Shown here in pieces: positions 25,498-29,051 of a stretch of 29,051 nt of DNA. The stretch's first letter is position 1. Each line of letters opens with the position of its first letter. The stretch spans positions 1 to 29,051 of the forward strand of contig JBQTGV010000083.1 in NCBI GenBank assembly GCA_052390515.1. The letters are read 5' to 3'. The position numbers and the translations under genes were made by a program. A model generated the notes under the pieces. It was not told the origin of the DNA. It worked only from the letters and a program-made list of their open reading frames with translations, and did not search any database. The DNA is from Candidatus Eiseniibacteriota bacterium. GTDB lineage: Bacteria > ARS69.

Positions 25498-26489
25498 CCG
25501 ACCAGCCTTCGCTCCGCCGCCGCGCGTTCGTGCTGGGGGCGCTCATCCCGGCCGGCGGCGCGTACATGGCGTATCACCTCGGTCTGATCCTGCACGAGGT
25601 GTTCGGGTTCGAGTGCCTCGTGCTGGACATCGACGCCGGCTTTCCCGACCGGGAGATCTTCGAGTATCCGAAGCGGTTCTCGCGGCTGCCCTGGGAGGCC
25701 GCCGGCGCGATGGCGACCTCCGAAGATCTGTTGATCGCGAACCCGAGCTTCTCGCACCTGCTGCTCGGAATGACGTTCCCCGGCACCAAGCTGACCTACA
25801 TCCAGCACTTCTCGACCTACGACGTCCTGGACTGCTTCTTCGATCACTACGTGAGCGTCTCCGACGTGGTGCGCGATCACGTTCGACGCCTGTACGACCT
25901 GGACACGCCGGTGATCCCGCCGTTCATCCACACGGAGCTGGTGCCCGAACCGGTCCCGTGGGACGTGCGGCCCGCGGGGAAGGTGCTGGTGCTGAGGAAG
26001 TCCCACAGCGCTGCGTTTCTCGAGCACGTGAAGGCGCTGCTGCAGGAGCGTCATCCGCAGCTCCGACTCGAGTTCGAGCCGGTCGGCGGCGTTCGTCGGC
26101 ACCGCGACCTGTTCGCTCCGATGCAGGCTTACCGCTACGTGCTGTCCCTGAGCGGCAGCGAAGGATTCGGCCTCATGCCGCTCGAGGCCATGTTGTGCGG
26201 TTGCGCGGTCGTCGGGTTCCACGCGCACGGCGGGAAGCAGTACATGGTTGCCGGCCGGAACTGCGAGGTCGTGGGGTACCCGGACTTCGACGGACTCGTG
26301 GACGGCCTCGCGCGTGTGGCCACCGACGACGGACACGCCCGCGGGATCGCGGCGGCAGGGAGGCAGACCGCGCTGGGGTTCGGTATCGGACCCTTCCGCG
26401 AGCGCTGGACGGCCTTCTTCGAGGAGAGCATGAAGCTCACGAGACCTGCGGGCACTGTGAGTCGAGCGGCAGGGCCGGGCTTTCCTTGA
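25494..26489 (+). CDS. GT-B (GT4-like) glycosyltransferase
   Basis: GTGA overlap with the FkbM-like gene. PAGGAYMAYHLG and EGFGLMPLEAMLCG. Confidence 0.88.
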   Translation: MTDQPSLRRRAFVLGALIPAGGAYMAYHLGLILHEVFGFECLVLDIDAGFPDREIFEYPKRFSRLPWEAAGAMATSEDLLIANPSFSHLLLGMTFPGTKLTYIQHFSTYDVLDCFFDHYVSVSDVVRDHVRRLYDLDTPVIPPFIHTELVPEPVPWDVRPAGKVLVLRKSHSAAFLEHVKALLQERHPQLRLEFEPVGGVRRHRDLFAPMQAYRYVLSLSGSEGFGLMPLEAMLCGCAVVGFHAHGGKQYMVAGRNCEVVGYPDFDGLVDGLARVATDDGHARGIAAAGRQTALGFGIGPFRERWTAFFEESMKLTRPAGTVSRAAGPGFP

Positions 26490-26516
26490 CTCCCGCGGCC
26501 GGTATGGAGCTATGCT
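26486..26516 (+). promoter_or_regulatory. Candidate MerR-type promoter (19-bp spacer)
   Basis: TTGACT (26486-91), 19 bp, TATGCT (26511-16), with partial dyad CTCC...GGAG. Confidence 0.5.
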
Positions 26517-26641
26517 GCCGCGCCATGCCGCTGCGGACGTCGTCGCGGCACCGTCGTCGTCTCTTCCTCTTCGTCGCGCCGGCGCCGTCCGTCACTCACG
26601 GTCACGTTCACGACCGAACCGAACGCCTGGAGGTTGCCACG

Positions 26642-27268
26642 ATGCGTAGGAACGAACAGAAGCGATGCGTCCTCATTCCGGTCCTGATCGCGGTCATCGC
26701 CTGGAACGCAACCGGAGCGGCCACGGCGGCGCCGAATGGTCCGCGTGACCACGCCGGCGGGTTCTTCCTCCGGCTGTCCGCGGGCGGCGGGACTGCGAAG
26801 ACCTCCATCGAGGAAGCCGGCTCAGAGCTCGAAGTCTCCGGCACGTCGGCGGATCTCAACCTGGCCATCGGGGCGGTCGTCGCGCCGAACCTCGCCGTCC
26901 ACGGCACCATCTTCGGCTGGGTGCTCAGCGATCCGGACGTCGAGCTGGACGGAATGTCCGGCACCGCCGACGGCGATGTCGACATGTCCGCGTTCGGCGC
27001 CGGCCTCACCTACTACTTCATGCCGGTGAATCTCTACCTGTCGGGCTCGGTCGGCGCGGGTTCGCTGAGCGCGTCCGGCGATATCGATGGCGAGACCGAC
27101 ACCGGCATCGCCGTCGACCTCACGGCGGGGAAGGAATGGTGGGTGGGGAACGGCTGGGGTCTGGGGGCCGCGGCCGCGTTCCAGTACCAGTCGTTCCCGG
27201 ACGGTGAGGTCGACGCGAACTGGAGCGGGCCGGCGTTCGCGCTGCGGTTCAGCGCCACCATGAATTGA
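26642..27268 (+). CDS. Small outer-membrane beta-barrel protein
   Basis: GGAGG RBS, signal peptide, RDHAGGFFLRLSAGGG, GAGLTYYFMPVNLYLSGSVG, GKEWWV; alternating amphipathic strands. Confidence 0.85.
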   Translation: MRRNEQKRCVLIPVLIAVIAWNATGAATAAPNGPRDHAGGFFLRLSAGGGTAKTSIEEAGSELEVSGTSADLNLAIGAVVAPNLAVHGTIFGWVLSDPDVELDGMSGTADGDVDMSAFGAGLTYYFMPVNLYLSGSVGAGSLSASGDIDGETDTGIAVDLTAGKEWWVGNGWGLGAAAAFQYQSFPDGEVDANWSGPAFALRFSATMN

Positions 27269-27419
27269 GATGGAGAGCCGCCCCGGCGTGTGGCGCCGAC
27301 CGGGCTCCGAGGCCCCCCCTCGCACCCGGCGGTTGCGAGGTACGCCGGGCATGCACACTGACCGGCGAACCGGCCTCCGGATACCTGCCGGTGCCGGGGA
27401 ACCCGCACCGCGCGGCCCC

Positions 27420-28391
27420 TCAGTACGAGAGCGCCAGCTTCAGGCCCACCAGATCTCGGTCCGGGACGTCTCCGTGGAAGCTCCCGCGAAGGTACTCGGC
27501 GCTGACCGCGGCATGTTCGGAGGCCTCGAAGGATGCGGCCACGCCGCCCTGGAGCGCGGGATTCTCGGGGAAGTCCCGTGACCCCTCCACCCGGCCGGAG
27601 ATGGACCAGCGCTCCGCGGGCCTCACCGTCGTCTCGGTACTCCACGCCGCCGGAGAGAGAGCGTCGCTCGTCAGCTGTCCGGCGGGGAAGGAGCTGAGCG
27701 CGGACACGTATTGCACGACCGCGCTCCACGGCTCGACCTCCAGCGCGAGCGCACCTCCGAACCCGCCCACCGTCTCCACCGGTGAGCCCGAATCGCCGGA
27801 TCCGCTCTCGTCGAGGAAGTCCTGACGCAGCTCGCGCAGCTCGACGGACTCGCCGATGCCGCTGCACCACGAGGCGTCGAGTCGCACGCCATCGGCGAAG
27901 TACACCTTGGCCGAAGCGACGAACCCGACGTCGCTCCCGTCTGCCGGTTCGCCGCGGAATGCCCCGAGCGAAACTTCGACAGCCTCGTTCGCGAAGCCGG
28001 GAATGACGGCCTCGTCGTAGATCTCGCCGATCACGGTCACCAGTGGGTCCTCACCGAAGGGTGAGTCCGACTCCGCGAACGGCAGAACGGTTCGCCCGAT
28101 CTCGGCGAACCACGGCCGCCGCTCCACGCCTCCGAGCCGGAGCGCGGCATCCTCGACCGCGAGTCCACGGTCGCCCTCGGAGCGGTACTTGATGCCAGCC
28201 TCGGCGATCCACCACTCCCCCTCGAGCGTGAGGCCCACCTCGTCGAACGTGATCTCGCCGGCGGACTCGCCGCCTTGAGCTTCGTGGGCGAGCTCGATGT
28301 CGCCCTCGACGCCGAGCTCCGCCGCCCGCGACGAGACACCGAGCAGCAGCAGGAGCCCGATCACGGTTCGTGGCGCCGGATCGGTCGTCAT
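27420..28391 (-). CDS. Outer-membrane porin, LbtU-family-like
   Basis: Signal peptide, LGVEGDIEL, VEDAALRLG, PWFAEIGRTVLPF, EDPLVTVIGE, C-terminal LKLALSY. Confidence 0.7.
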   Translation of the reverse strand: MTTDPAPRTVIGLLLLLGVSSRAAELGVEGDIELAHEAQGGESAGEITFDEVGLTLEGEWWIAEAGIKYRSEGDRGLAVEDAALRLGGVERRPWFAEIGRTVLPFAESDSPFGEDPLVTVIGEIYDEAVIPGFANEAVEVSLGAFRGEPADGSDVGFVASAKVYFADGVRLDASWCSGIGESVELRELRQDFLDESGSGDSGSPVETVGGFGGALALEVEPWSAVVQYVSALSSFPAGQLTSDALSPAAWSTETTVRPAERWSISGRVEGSRDFPENPALQGGVAASFEASEHAAVSAEYLRGSFHGDVPDRDLVGLKLALSY

Positions 28392-28477
28392 TCGACCTGC
28401 TGGCGGTCGTCGTCGGCGTCGTGATCTGCCGCGATCACGAGGGCCGCCGCTCCCGGAAAGAGCGCCACTCGTCTCAT
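28388..28477 (-). CDS. 29-aa mini-ORF (or deletion remnant) coupled to the porin
   Basis: AGGAGG RBS, MRRVALFPGAAALVIAADHDADDDRQQVE-stop. Stop overlaps the porin start (ATGA). Confidence 0.5.
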   Translation of the reverse strand: MRRVALFPGAAALVIAADHDADDDRQQVE

Positions 28478-28671
28478 GGGAACCTCCTGTCAACGGTCTC
28501 CCGATCGAGGAACTCTATCGTGCCAGCATGTGAGGCGCATGAGAAGGGGCTGCCCACCGGCTTCTCCGACCGGCGTCTCCGTGCGGGCGTGGAGGATGTC
28601 GGACGGGTCTCATCGTGGGCTCATCGTCGAGCGCGAAGATCTCTCATGGCGGTTCCACCAGGAGGGTAGCC

Positions 28672-29051
28672 ATGACGACGACACGAGCAATCACGGTCAG
28701 CGTCATCCTGACGCTGGCGAGCGCAGGGTGCGGGGAGAACGCGATGACCACGGGCGGCGCGGCCGCGACGCTCGCGGGAGCAGGCGATGAGGGAGGCGGC
28801 GCCGACCGGCTCCGGGACGGATGCGAGGGACTGCCGGTCGCCCACGACAGCCTGCGCGTCGATCTGTACGCGCCCGACTTCTCGAACCCGACGGAGGTCA
28901 CGAACCCGCTGTTCCCGATCGGGGAGCTCGACCGCGTCCTGCTCCTCGGACAGGTCGACGGGCTTCCGTTCCGCACCGAGACGACCTTGATGCCCGATAC
29001 GCAGATCATCGAGCTCGACGGGCAACGCGTCGAAGCGCTCGTCTCCCAGTA
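28672..29051 (+). CDS. Lipoprotein, partial (runs off the window edge)
   Basis: Not in ORF track. AGGAGG RBS, MTTTRAITVSVILTLASAG-C lipobox, RVDLYAPDFSNPTEVTNPLFPI..PFRTETTL; frame open to the end. Confidence 0.8.
   Translation, partial: MTTTRAITVSVILTLASAGCGENAMTTGGAAATLAGAGDEGGGADRLRDGCEGLPVAHDSLRVDLYAPDFSNPTEVTNPLFPIGELDRVLLLGQVDGLPFRTETTLMPDTQIIELDGQRVEALVSQ

Overview
High-GC bacterial accessory region (~29 kb) with no rRNA, tRNA or CRISPR array. Left to right: a partial DUF6998-like gene; a minus-strand signalling module (atypical NarL-type regulator, stand-alone sigma-70 region-4 protein, two HDOD proteins); gene remnants; a complete IS256-family element (4621-6026, 8-bp target duplication); decayed copies of a ChrB-domain gene and a glycosyltransferase whose intact paralogues lie 15-19 kb downstream; a cluster of exported hydrolases (YcaC-like, amidohydrolase-3, alginate-export-type barrel, DoxX, alpha/beta-hydrolase-cupin) with a convergent pirin; secreted proteins and lipoproteins; an MFS pump with a divergent ArsR-like regulator; soxR with a clear SoxR box driving an SDR plus QueA-like operon; a membrane Ser/Thr kinase; DinB; FkbM-like methyltransferase plus glycosyltransferase; and two outer-membrane barrels. 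Best leads: (1) a short C-terminal (S/T)WGxx(K)xx(Y/F) tail seen twice and invisible in the ORF track, a candidate protein-sorting signal; (2) the pseudo-receiver / sigma4-only / double-HDOD module; (3) a SoxR-controlled QueA paralogue; (4) many genes reduced by internal deletion to start-plus-end skeletons. The WG tails and an FlgD-Ig remnant suggest a Ca. Eisenbacteria/Krumholzibacteriota/Latescibacterota-like host (inference only). All family calls are from motif recognition by eye; no searches were run.
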